Shown in pieces: positions 51,047 through 60,149 of a stretch of 64,000 nucleotides of DNA. The notes below the pieces were generated by a model. That model saw only the letters and a list, made by a program, of their open reading frames with translations. It was not told the DNA's origin and searched no databases. Within the stretch, counting starts at the first letter, position 1, and every line of letters starts with the position of its first letter. Where the stretch lies: NCBI GenBank assembly GCA_963732475.1, contig CAVSZR010000001.1:11631-75630 (forward strand). The letters run 5' to 3'. Both the position numbers and the translations under genes were made by a program. This DNA is from Blastocatellia bacterium. Its GTDB lineage: Bacteria > Acidobacteriota > Blastocatellia > Pyrinomonadales > Pyrinomonadaceae.

Positions 51047-52090
51047 ATGAACAGACGCAAATTTCTGCAGCTTCCGGTTCTCGGTGTTCCCGTTCTGCTC
51101 GCCGGTAATGTTATCGGGCAAACCCGCAGGACGAGTTCAGCACTTAAGGTCAAGATGCCCGCCGTTGTTTCGACCTGGGACAGCGGCATTACGGCCAACA
51201 ACGGCGCGTGGCCGATATTGCAGAAGGGCGGGCGGGCGTTGGACGCGGTGGAGGCGGCGGGGCGAGCGGCGGAGGACGAGCCGGGCTGCTGCGTGGGCTT
51301 GGCAGCGTGGCCGGACCGCGACGGGCGCGTGACGCTCGATTCGTGCATCATGGACGGTAACGGCGATATCGGTGCGGTGTCGTTTCTCGAACGCATCAAA
51401 CATCCCGTTTCCGTCGCCCGCAAGGTGATGGAGACTACGCCGCATGTGCTGCTGTCGGGCGAGGGGGCACAGGCGTTTGCGGTCGCGAACGGGTTCCCGC
51501 TGGAATCCGGCGAACTGTCGAACGACGCCAAAAAGGAATGGAAGGAGTGGCTTGAGAAGTCGAAATACAAGCCGGAGATCAATATCGAGAACAGGCGGCC
51601 CGGCGGTGCGGTCTCGCAATTTCCGCCATACTTTTTTTCGGACGGAACGCCAAACCACGACACGATGGGCACTGTCGCTATCGACGCAAAAGGAGGCCTT
51701 TCGGGGATGGTCACGACCAGCGGAATGGCGTTCAAAATGCGCGGCCGAGTGGGCGATTCGCCTATAATTGGGGCCGGGCTGTTTGTCGATAACGAGGTCG
51801 GAGCGGCCACATCGTCCGGCGTCGGCGAAGAGGTCATCCGTATCTGCGGAACGCACACCGTCATCGAACAAATGCGAGCGGGCCGCTCACCCGAACAAGC
51901 CTGCCGCGAAGCCATCCGCCGTGTCGTCAAACGCGACCCCGCGAAAGCAAAGGAAATGCAGGTCGGGTTTTTGGCATTGTCGCGAAGAGGCGAAATAGGG
52001 GCGTTTGCGATAGTGAAGGGATTTACTTTTTCGGTGACGAATTCGCAGTATCCGCAGGGAAAAGTGTTCGAGGCGAAGAGCTGGTTTTAG
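51047..52090 (+). CDS. N4-(beta-N-acetylglucosaminyl)-L-asparaginase / isoaspartyl peptidase family Ntn hydrolase
   Basis: The Tat-like signal is MNRRKFLQLPVLG. The autoprocessing site is HDTMGTVAID. GDSPIIGAGLFVD is also present. Confidence 0.8.
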   Translation: MNRRKFLQLPVLGVPVLLAGNVIGQTRRTSSALKVKMPAVVSTWDSGITANNGAWPILQKGGRALDAVEAAGRAAEDEPGCCVGLAAWPDRDGRVTLDSCIMDGNGDIGAVSFLERIKHPVSVARKVMETTPHVLLSGEGAQAFAVANGFPLESGELSNDAKKEWKEWLEKSKYKPEINIENRRPGGAVSQFPPYFFSDGTPNHDTMGTVAIDAKGGLSGMVTTSGMAFKMRGRVGDSPIIGAGLFVDNEVGAATSSGVGEEVIRICGTHTVIEQMRAGRSPEQACREAIRRVVKRDPAKAKEMQVGFLALSRRGEIGAFAIVKGFTFSVTNSQYPQGKVFEAKSWF

Positions 52091-52098
52091 GTAAGAGA

Positions 52099-52209
52099 AA
52101 CAGGATGGACAGGATAAACAGGATTCCTGTCTGCTTTCTAACAACTGGAGCGAACAAATAAACATCACGATCACCCTTATCTTATCCTGCCTATCCTGTT
52201 AATCCTGTT
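52099..52209. repeat. triple-unit hairpin (unit ACAGGAT) with a ~59-nt loop, between convergent genes
   Basis: The left arm is 52099..52124 (AACAGGATGGACAGGATAAACAGGAT). The right arm is 52184..52209 (ATCCTGCCTATCCTGTTAATCCTGTT). 22 of 26 positions are complementary. The right arm encodes the last codons and the stop of the cutC-HIT ORF. Confidence 0.8.
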
Positions 52210-53281
52210 TAATTCTTTTGCCCGAGTTGACATGAAAATGCAGATGTTTTGAATCCTGATACTCCCCAAGATTTGTCAGCACCCGGGCCGCTCTTTTTTC
52301 TTCTACTACCATAGCGGCGACCTGTTTTACTACGTCGAGCAGTTCGATAAGCAACGCATTGTCATCTATAGTCAGAAGCGAACTGACGTGTGTTTTCGGG
52401 ATGACGACGATGTGCGTCTCCCAGAACGGGCGGGTGTGGTGATATGCGAGGACGTTTGCGGTCTCGGCCACTTTTTCGACCGGCGTTTTGCCGCTTAGGA
52501 CTTCTTCGCAATAAAAATCTTCGATCATTCGATACCTTTTGCTGCGTTGATAATGCGTCCGCACGCTTTCGGCGGTCGCGACGCGGCGGGTGTATTCTGA
52601 CGGAGCATCGTCGGAGCCCATCGCGACACTCTCGTTCCGAAACTCCATCTTGCTTGATACATCTTCGAACGCTGTGAAGTGAAATTCATTCGCACCGGTC
52701 ACCGCAACGACCTGGGCCGCGTTGGCTTCATCAATGCTGCCGCAGGCGAGTATTCCGATGCGGCCCTCGGCTTGCCGGACCAGTTCCGCGATGAGCAGAG
52801 CTCCATCGACCGCGTTGGCCTGCTGCCCGGAGGTGAGGACGCGGGAAACGCCCAGTTCGATCAGCGTCTCCAACGCTGTACGCGGATCGCGGCAGACGTC
52901 GAATGCGCGGTGAAACGTGACCGACATCGGTTTTGCCAACGAGACGAGTTCGGCGGTGCGGGCCTCGTCGATCTCGCCGTCAGCCGTCAATAAACCAATA
53001 ACTACACCGTCGGCACCGAGCGATTTGGCGGTTTCGATATCGAGCTTCATCGTCTCAAACTCGATCTCAGAATAAAGAAAATCGCCGCCGCGGGGGCGGA
53101 TGATGACGTGAAGTTTGATATCGATAAGCCGGCGTGCGGTTTTGATCGAACCAAGGCTGGGCGTAGTGCCGCCTTCGAAAAGATTGTCGCAAAGTTCGAC
53201 CCGATCGGCCCCGCCATGTTGGGCGGCAAGGGCGGATTCGGGTGAATCAACGCAGATCTCGATTTGGATACGGTCTTCCAC
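52199..53281 (-). CDS. cutC: CutC-family protein fused in frame to a HIT-family domain
   Basis: Residues 1 to ~240 are CutC-like (IEICVDSPESALAAQHGGADRVELC...HRAFD). Residues ~255 to 360 are HIT-like (HIVVIPKTHV...HLHFHV). There is no stop between the two. Confidence 0.7.
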   Translation of the reverse strand: MEDRIQIEICVDSPESALAAQHGGADRVELCDNLFEGGTTPSLGSIKTARRLIDIKLHVIIRPRGGDFLYSEIEFETMKLDIETAKSLGADGVVIGLLTADGEIDEARTAELVSLAKPMSVTFHRAFDVCRDPRTALETLIELGVSRVLTSGQQANAVDGALLIAELVRQAEGRIGILACGSIDEANAAQVVAVTGANEFHFTAFEDVSSKMEFRNESVAMGSDDAPSEYTRRVATAESVRTHYQRSKRYRMIEDFYCEEVLSGKTPVEKVAETANVLAYHHTRPFWETHIVVIPKTHVSSLLTIDDNALLIELLDVVKQVAAMVVEEKRAARVLTNLGEYQDSKHLHFHVNSGKRIKQD

Positions 53282-53368
53282 TTAAAGTGATTCTAATGTC
53301 GGGGCGGTCAAAAAGAAAAGCCGCGTCCGAAAACGCGGCTCTCCAAAGGCTGTCGATCACGCCGATCA

Positions 53369-53713
53369 TTAGTATCTTCGATAGAAATACCCATTGCGGT
53401 AATTCCAAGTTGAGAACGGCCGATGGAATCTGCGGCCGTTTTGATACCAATACCATCCGTACCGGTCGCGGTTTACATTTTGAACGTATTCACGCCGAGC
53501 ATCCCGCAGATCTTCCTGATACTCTTTCACGGCCTTTCGCCGGTCGCCGTTCCGGATACGCCTGTTGTAGTCCTCTCGCGCGTCGCGCAGATCATCTCTA
53601 TACTCGCGTTCCGCGTGTTGGCGACTTTGAGCATTGGCCGTCCCCGCGTTTACCAGGACCAACCCAAATACCATTGCCAATGAAATAATTCCAAACTTCA
53701 GAATGTTTCTCAT
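53369..53713 (-). CDS. small secreted Arg/Tyr-rich protein
   Basis: It has a signal peptide (ISLAMVFGLVLVNAGTANA) and an internal repeat (EYRDDLRDAREDY / EYQEDLRDARREY). GGGAGA lies upstream of the ATG. Confidence 0.5.
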   Translation of the reverse strand: MRNILKFGIISLAMVFGLVLVNAGTANAQSRQHAEREYRDDLRDAREDYNRRIRNGDRRKAVKEYQEDLRDARREYVQNVNRDRYGWYWYQNGRRFHRPFSTWNYRNGYFYRRY

Positions 53714-53874
53714 AGTTTTATCTCCCTATTGATCTTTTTGCACGATCGTGTGCTTTTCATACACATGCTAGTTTTCGTGCACTATTGAGAACGCAAAGAT
53801 TATGCCATTCCGGCTAATTTTGGCGGGATGTTTGGCTGGATCGTGACCCGGAGTTCCAAGCGAAACTTAAGAAA

Positions 53875-54644
53875 TTAAAGCTTTTTGGCGACCAAAACGA
53901 TCGAAACTCCAAACGGGAAATCGAAGTTCTTAAGCCAGAACCGTTCGGCACCAAATAGTTTGCCGAAGACTCCATTTAGTGCAGAAATGTTCACATTGTT
54001 CTCGGATTCCGGTTTGATTCCGGTCACTTTCATTAGAGTGCGTCCGCCAAGAATAGGAGCGAAAAACGTCCAGTTTGCGTACGTTGCACGCTCGACGGTG
54101 TATCCGGCTTTTTCCAAGCGTTCGACGATCTGTTTTCGAGTGTAGCGGATACGGTGATTGGAAATGTCGTCCTGAACGCCCCACAGCCACATAAAAGCGG
54201 GGACGAAGATCAAGGAATAACCGCCCGGTTTCGTGACGCGGTGCATTTCCTTAAGGCCGGCGATATCGTCGTCGAGGTGTTCGATCACATCCAGTGCGGT
54301 TGTTATGTCGAATGAGTTCGTCAGCATAGGGAAGTTTCTCGGCAAGCCCTTTTTGGACTTTAAGCCCTTTTCGGCGGCAGAATTCGAGTGCGTCGTCCGA
54401 GACATCGACTCCTTCGGCCGTACCGAACTGGGCAAGCATTTCGAGATTTGCACCGGTGCCACAACCGACATCGAGGATCGAGAGGTTTTGAGTCCTTCGA
54501 GTCGAGGAGTCTCTGAGGCGAGATCATCCGCAAAAAGCTCTCAAGGATGGCGCGGCGGCCGACGAACCACCAATGCGATCCCTCGACCTCATCCATGATG
54601 CCGTATGTGTGCTGCTCCATTTCCTGGGGTAATGCCGTACTCAT
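53875..54644 (-). CDS. class I SAM-dependent methyltransferase (about 3 frame shifts)
   Basis: MSTALPQEMEQHTYGIMDEVEGSHWWFVGRR, then LDVGCGTGANLEMLAQFG in other frames, then DVIEHLDDD...KPGGYSLIFVPA in ORF 53875..54471. Confidence 0.7.
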
Positions 54645-54656
54645 TAGAAATAGTTT

Positions 54657-54728
54657 GCCACGAATTACACGAATTACACTAATAAGAACCAATGCGGAAA
54701 CATTCGTGTTATTTGTGCAATTCGTGGC
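54657..54728. repeat. triple-unit hairpin (unit CACGAAT)
   Basis: The left arm GCCACGAATTACACGAATTACAC and the right arm ...GTGTTATTTGTGCAATTCGTGGC form 20 Watson-Crick pairs plus 1 GU out of 23. The hairpin fills the gap between the stop at 54733 and the next start at 54644. Confidence 0.85.
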
Positions 54729-54732
54729 TGAT

Positions 54733-55416
54733 CTATTTTTGGCGAAGGCCCAGCAATTCGCTGGCGCACGGGCCCGGTTGCCGTCCGGCGTAAGGCCGTA
54801 GCTTTCGCATAGGCGGCGATGGATGCCGTCGTCGCTGACAAAACAGGGGCTGACGTCGTCGTTGCGGCCGAGGATCATCAGGCCGAGGCCTTCGTCTATG
54901 ATATTCGTCCTTGTTGATGCAAAGCATATAGTCGCCGGAGATCTTGTGTGCTTCAAGCTCGAGTTCGTAAAGCGTTGGATCGAAAAGACTTAGCGGATTT
55001 ACGTCCGCATTCGAAAAACTCTCGATGGTTCGGGCAAAATCGTACGCGTGGCGGCCTTCGTGGACGAAGGTGCCTTCGCAGCCGCGCTGGCCGCCCGTGT
55101 CGATCGTCTCTTCCGCGATGGCAATATAGACCTCGCCAAGAGCTTCCCTGAGGCCCAGACGCCCGTCGGCGATCCTTTCATTCGTCTCGTCCGGATCGAT
55201 CAGCCCGGTGATACCCGACGCATTTATTTCACTGACTGGCTTTACCTGAACGAGCATCTTCGACTTCACAATATGCGTCGCGATCTCCTTTTGCAGGCTG
55301 GTGCCGTGTGCGAGGATCGTGTCGAACGCATCCTCGACCGACTTCCTATATTTTTTTTCGATCCCCTTATCAAATTTCATTGCATTTGCCACCACCGATA
55401 AAATATATAGATTCAT
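54733..55416 (-). CDS. hypothetical protein with HExxH motif (frame shift near 54900; 3' end uncertain)
   Basis: TFVHEGRHAYDF contains H-E-G-R-H. After CINKDEY the sequence continues in another frame (IIDEGLGLMILGRNDDVSPCFVSDDGIHRRLCESYGL). Confidence 0.4.
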   Translation of the reverse strand: MNLYILSVVANAMKFDKGIEKKYRKSVEDAFDTILAHGTSLQKEIATHIVKSKMLVQVKPVSEINASGITGLIDPDETNERIADGRLGLREALGEVYIAIAEETIDTGGQRGCEGTFVHEGRHAYDFARTIESFSNADVNPLSLFDPTLYELELEAHKISGDYMLCINKDEYHRRRPRPDDPRPQRRRQPLFCQRRRHPSPPMRKLRPYAGRQPGPCASELLGLRQK

Positions 55417-55425
55417 CGTTGCCGT

Positions 55426-56421
55426 TCATCCGACATTTCCAAACCCGCACCAGCTATTGCTATTGTGCCAATGATCTCAACATCCTTGGCGTTGATCTCG
55501 TTCCACCAATCCTCAAACTCCTGTTTTGAAATGTAAAACGCGGTCGGGGCGACCAGATGATCAAAGACAATATTGTGCTGCTCTCGCCAGCCGAAGATGC
55601 CGAGATGGTTCAGGTAGTCGTTGTAAAACAGATGCTTTGCGGCCCCTTTTGCGGCAATATTGGCCGGGCGGTAGACGAGTTTAGTTGTCAGAAAAAGACT
55701 GAGCGTCGGAAGTTTTGAAAGCTGATAAAGCATCGGCTGGCTCATCTTTGACGTAAAGCTTTCGCGGATCGGGTTTACATATTTCGTGATCCATTCGTTG
55801 TTCTCGGCCCCGTATATCCAGGCCGAAATATGGCCGCCTTGTCGGACCTTCGAAACCAGCGAGAGAAACGCCTTTTTTGGATCCGGGGTGTGATGCAGGA
55901 CGCCAACGCTGAACGCATAGTCGAAAGCTTTCTTGAGCGGCAGTTTGAAGATGTCGCACTGAACAATGTGTGCGTTCGGCAGATCGCGGGTCAGACGCGA
56001 ACGCGGATTCTACGCCGTCGCCCAAATCGATGCCAACGACCTCTTTTGCTCCCCATTCGGCGGCGAGCTTTGTGTGCCGGCCCTTGCCGCAACCGCCTTC
56101 GAGAACGACTTTATCTTTAAAGAATTCGGGCTTTACCGGCTGCAGCCATCCAAGGAACTGGTCGTTGTATTTTGGGTCTTCCTGCGTGAAATTTGTCCAC
56201 TGCCAGCCGAAATTCTCAGCCGTCTCCGCCTTATCGGCCTCGATTTTCCCAAGATCGGCAAAACGCGGCACACCGCGGACGACCTTGTATTCGCGGTCGC
56301 ATTTTTTGCATGTCAGCACGCCCTCGATTATTTCTTTGTCGTCATATTTGCTCGCATAAGCGAGCAAAATATCGCCGCCGCAGGTCGGGCACGCAAGCAG
56401 ATCTAAAAGCCTTTCTTTCAT
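55426..56421 (-). CDS. SAM-dependent methyltransferase with N-terminal Trm112-like zinc ribbon (frame shifts near 55990 and 55470)
   Basis: LLACPTCGG...LTCKKCDREYKVVRGVPRF is the zinc ribbon. VLEGGCGKGRH is motif I. The protein continues in ORF 55413..55745. The family-like end WHNSNSWCGFG lies in a third frame and stops at 55426. Confidence 0.7.
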
Positions 56422-56431
56422 AAAGTCAATT

Positions 56432-56503
56432 AGCCACGAATGTCACGAATTTACACGAAATGAAGAGAGATCCACATTCGTGATATCCGTGTAAATTGCG
56501 GCT
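56432..56503. repeat. triple-unit hairpin (unit CACGAA)
   Basis: The left arm AGCCACGAATGTCACGAATTTACACGAAATG and the right arm CACATTCGTGATATCCGTGTAAATTGCGGCT form about 20 pairs with bulges. The right arm overlaps the upstream stop codon. The left arm ends 10 nt before the next start. Confidence 0.7.
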
Positions 56504-56971
56504 AATTCATCCTCGACTTAAATTTCTCAAACTCGGCATACGGAAACGGCTGGCGCCAGTTGAATTCGAACTCATCCGTTTCGCGGTCATCATAAAGCTG
56601 TTCAAATGTTTCTGCGAATGCTGAGACGGTATCCGCTAACCGTCCCTGAGTGCGAATATACCAGTTCACGTTCCGCCGCGTCGCGTTCTTCCGTCGGGTA
56701 CTGATAGATCTCGATCAGAAATCCCTCGCCATCACGAACAAACCGAAAATCGAACTCTTCAGGGTCGCGGTTCCATTTGAGCAAGATATTCGTTCTGCAG
56801 TCGATGCGGGATCGAGCAACTGCCGTCAATATCCGCACAAGCTCCGGCAAGGCAAGTTGCATGCGGAGCGTGGGCGGTAGTCGTGTGAAACTGGTTGACG
56901 CCGTCGTCAAAACCGATCGACATCCATCCGCACTGCGGGCTGTTAAAGCTGACTTCAAGTTTGCCTGCCAT
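56502..56971 (-). CDS. hypothetical protein (two frame shifts)
   Basis: MAGKLEVSFNSPQCGWMSIGFDDGVNQFHTTTAHAPH continues as LALPELVRILTAVARS...LLKWNRDPEEFDFRFVRDGEGFLIEIYQYP, then as ...SAFAETFEQLYDDRETDEFEFNWRQPFPYAEFEKFKSRMN-stop. Confidence 0.4.
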
Positions 56972-57055
56972 ATTCCTCGAAATAGAAAGGCTATGGTAAC
57001 TTTAAAGGAGAAAATTCCACAAACGAAGTTTTTTTGGTGGTATGGAGACTTTATT

Positions 57056-57922
57056 ATGCGATCCTTGCCCGTCAAGATCCAATGTGCAGGTTATTTGTCA
57101 GCGATCTTTCAAGTAGCCGTTATCTGCTTTATGTGCGGCTCAACTTGGGTTTCAGATGTATCCGCGCAAAAAAAGAAGCCGGTAAAGAAGAAGCCAGCCG
57201 TTGCAACATCGATAGTTTCGGCGGATCCGGGCATTTGTATCCCGCCGGACACAAACTACGTTTCTGTTTTGCAAATAGACAACAACGGAAAGGCGACGCT
57301 AACCACCCAGTCAACTGACGGTTCTAAATTTCTTTTCGACGCCAATCAGCTGTCGTCTGCGAACGATGTCTTGACTGCGGCACTCAAACCAACGGTTACG
57401 GTCAAGGCTGACCCGAGCCTTAAGTTCGATCTGGTCGTCAAAATTCTCAAGGGGACAAGACAGGCCCTTGACCGTTGCTTTAATGTCGAAGCCTCAACCC
57501 GCGTCGACGACCCGTATGTCTATATTTATCCTGAGCCGAAGGAAGGGAACGACTTGCCAGTCTATCCAAATCCACTGTTATTGGTGGTGCATCTCGATAA
57601 GAATGCGGTTCTTACGCTGAACAATGAAAAACATGGTTCCTTAAACGACATTTCCCCACTACGAAACCGCTTGAAAGAGATATTCAAAGAGAGGGAAGAC
57701 AACGGGGTCTTTCGAGAAGGTACAAACCTTGTCGAGAAAGAAGTGCGTGTGATGGCGGCAGGATCGGCGAAGTTTGGCGATGTGATCAAGATCGTCGATG
57801 CGCTCAAAGAAGCCGGAGCTTCGCCAGTGGGTTTGCAGATCGATGAGGCGCAAAATATGGTCGAAATGCGGCTGGAAACACTAGAAACAGCATTGCCCAA
57901 ACCGAAGATACGAAAGCCATAG
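57056..57922 (+). CDS. secreted protein with two ExbD/TolR-like domains
   Basis: It has a signal/anchor after the Met at 57056. The C-terminal part PLLLVVHLDKNAVLTLNNEKHGSLNDI...VRVMAAGSAKFGDVIKIVDALKEAGASPVGLQI resembles the ExbD periplasmic domain. An earlier segment looks similar. Confidence 0.45.
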   Translation: MRSLPVKIQCAGYLSAIFQVAVICFMCGSTWVSDVSAQKKKPVKKKPAVATSIVSADPGICIPPDTNYVSVLQIDNNGKATLTTQSTDGSKFLFDANQLSSANDVLTAALKPTVTVKADPSLKFDLVVKILKGTRQALDRCFNVEASTRVDDPYVYIYPEPKEGNDLPVYPNPLLLVVHLDKNAVLTLNNEKHGSLNDISPLRNRLKEIFKEREDNGVFREGTNLVEKEVRVMAAGSAKFGDVIKIVDALKEAGASPVGLQIDEAQNMVEMRLETLETALPKPKIRKP

Positions 57923-57925
57923 TTA

Positions 57926-58771
57926 ATGAAACAGTACCAAGGACTTTTACGGCATATTCTGGATAGCGGCACCCGGCATCAAGACCGCACAGGGGTTGGC
58001 ACGATCTCGGCATTCGGTTACCAAACACGCTTCGATCTGCGTGAGGGTTTTCCGATCGTCACAACGAAGCGGGTGCCGTTTCGTTGGGTCGCCGAGGAGC
58101 TTTTTTGGTTCCTGAGCGGGAGTACGAATGAAAAGGACCTGAATGCCCGCGGTGTGGATATTTGGGCCGAGTGGGCGACCGCCGAGCAGACCGCAAGGTT
58201 TCAACGTGATGAGGGCGATCTTGGGCCGGTCTATGGTTATTTATGGCGTTCGTTCGGCGGCGATTATCCGCAGATGAACGGTGTTGATCAGATCGCGCGG
58301 TTGATAAAAGGGATCCAAACGAATCCGAATTCGCGGCGTCTGATCGTGACCGGCTGGAACCCGGAAACATGTGACGATGTCGCCCTGCCGCCCTGCCATA
58401 CGTTGTTTCAATTCAAGGTAGAAAACGGCAAGATTCTACACTGCCAGCTTTATCAACGAAGCGCCGATGCGTTCCTGGGCGTGCCTTTCAATATCAGCAG
58501 CTACGCGCTGCTAACGCATCTTGTTGCACATGTTTGCGGACTCGAGGTTGGCGAATTCATCCATACGTTCGGCGACCTGCACATCTATTCAAATCATCTC
58601 GAACAGGTTGAAGAGCTGCTGGGCCGCGAGCCTTTGCCGTTGCCGCAATTGGAGCTTGTGAATGCCGAAAATTTGAGAGGCCTGAATGGCTTGCTTGATT
58701 TCAAATTTGAGAATCTGAAATTGGAAAATTATCAGTCCTATAGCAAGATCGCCGCACCAGTAGCCGTTTGA
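57926..58771 (+). CDS. thyA: thymidylate synthase
   Basis: [36 protein letters not shown] and [21 protein letters not shown] are present. The ORF is intact at 281 aa. Confidence 0.95.
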   Translation: MKQYQGLLRHILDSGTRHQDRTGVGTISAFGYQTRFDLREGFPIVTTKRVPFRWVAEELFWFLSGSTNEKDLNARGVDIWAEWATAEQTARFQRDEGDLGPVYGYLWRSFGGDYPQMNGVDQIARLIKGIQTNPNSRRLIVTGWNPETCDDVALPPCHTLFQFKVENGKILHCQLYQRSADAFLGVPFNISSYALLTHLVAHVCGLEVGEFIHTFGDLHIYSNHLEQVEELLGREPLPLPQLELVNAENLRGLNGLLDFKFENLKLENYQSYSKIAAPVAV

Positions 58772-58778
58772 CCGGAAG

Positions 58779-60035
58779 TTATTTTTTCACGATCGAATAC
58801 TGGATACGTCGATTGAAAAACCGCCCTTGTTCGGTATTGTTGTCGGCTCCGGGCCTTGGGCTCGTCGAACCGTAGCCCTTCGTCTGCAGAACCTCGCCTC
58901 GAACTCCGAACGTAATAAGTTTTGTCTTTACCGCATTCGCACGATTCTCGGAGAGCTTCTGGTTTGAGGCGTCGTCACCCTTGTTGTCCGTATGTCCGCC
59001 GATCTCGAGAACAACTTCGGGCTTAAGCCGTTTGATGTAGTCTGCCCCCTTCTTCAACGCGGCAAGTCGATCGTTCGGTATGTCGAATTTACCCGAATCG
59101 AAATTGATTATCAGGATGTTCAATGCATTTACAAGCTCTTCCTCTGTAAACGGATCGCCGAGGCCGTTAAGCGCGGTGTAGTAACAGCGCTCAGCCTTGT
59201 CAAATTCGCCCATTCCGATGTTCTTGCAATCCTCCGGAGCCACTTTGATCTCTTCGCAGCGGGCCACGATCGGTTCCGTTTTGACCCCCGCTTCACCTTT
59301 GATCTCCTGAGGTTTGCAATCGAAATTTGGGTGTACGATCTTGATCGTCCTGGTTCCCGGCGTAAGGCTTGGAAGCGTTATTGAACCATCTTCTTTTGTG
59401 TAACCTATCTGTTTGTCGTCGACCAGCACTCGGCTGCCCGGCGGAGCCAATTTCACGGTCGCTTCGAAGTACGTATCGCGGATCAAAAAGAAATAAACAA
59501 AAAGCAAAACCGCTATTGCGAACAGAAACATGCTCAACAGTCCGCCGGCGACCCAGACCCATCCGGGAATACCGCCCTGTTCCGCTTTTTCCTTTTTTTC
59601 CTGCTCAGCCTTTTCGGTGGGTGTCGGCGGAAGGTCCTGATATTTTGAGCGTTCGGCCTCGGGCAGCCGGAAGTACGGGGTCGTCTTGTCGTATCCGCCG
59701 CCCCCGCCAAAATCTTCAGGAGCAGAGCCCAGATCGGCCGCCGATACATTCACGTTCGCATTTGTCACGCCCCAGTCGCCGGATGGCGGCTGGGCGGGCT
59801 GCGAGCCGGGATAGAATGTCTTTCCGAAATCCTGATTCTCCGTATCTATTGGTTTTAGGTTAGTTACGGTCTTTCCCCAATCGTCGGCCGCGGGCTGTTT
59901 TGGAAAATTGTAGTTGGTTTTGTCCCAGTCGTTCTGCCCACCGCTGTCCGGAGCGACATTAATATTAGGCGTGGTCTTTGAAAAATCGTCGGGCGGCGGC
60001 GGGCCCGGTATTTTCTTATCTTCACTCACGGTCAA
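58779..60035 (-). CDS. OmpA-family protein with N-terminal D[WF]xKT repeats, TM helix and PEGA-like domain
   Basis: The C-terminus (GHTDNKGDDASNQKLSENRANAV) is an OmpA-like peptidoglycan-binding motif. A central TM helix is GWVWVAGGLLSMFLFAIAVLLFVYFFLI. Confidence 0.8.
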   Translation of the reverse strand: MTVSEDKKIPGPPPPDDFSKTTPNINVAPDSGGQNDWDKTNYNFPKQPAADDWGKTVTNLKPIDTENQDFGKTFYPGSQPAQPPSGDWGVTNANVNVSAADLGSAPEDFGGGGGYDKTTPYFRLPEAERSKYQDLPPTPTEKAEQEKKEKAEQGGIPGWVWVAGGLLSMFLFAIAVLLFVYFFLIRDTYFEATVKLAPPGSRVLVDDKQIGYTKEDGSITLPSLTPGTRTIKIVHPNFDCKPQEIKGEAGVKTEPIVARCEEIKVAPEDCKNIGMGEFDKAERCYYTALNGLGDPFTEEELVNALNILIINFDSGKFDIPNDRLAALKKGADYIKRLKPEVVLEIGGHTDNKGDDASNQKLSENRANAVKTKLITFGVRGEVLQTKGYGSTSPRPGADNNTEQGRFFNRRIQYSIVKK

Positions 60036-60149
60036 CTAGCTCCTTGATCGGCGACGGGAAATAGGCACCCAGATTTGCGATATTATCACAAAATTCTGTT
60101 TTGCCGTTAAGCGCCGGCCCCGATGGTACGGCCGGCGAAGAACATTCGG

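Noticed and set aside
51028-51930. 300-aa and 244-aa minus-strand ORFs
   Set aside because: They are antisense shadows of the asparaginase-family gene and have a low-complexity Ser/Pro/Arg composition.
25510-56503. CRISPR-like interpretation of the short tandem units
   Set aside because: The units are 8-9 nt, occur only about three times per arm and are mirrored by a complementary arm. There are no spacers and no cas genes. These are hairpins, not arrays.
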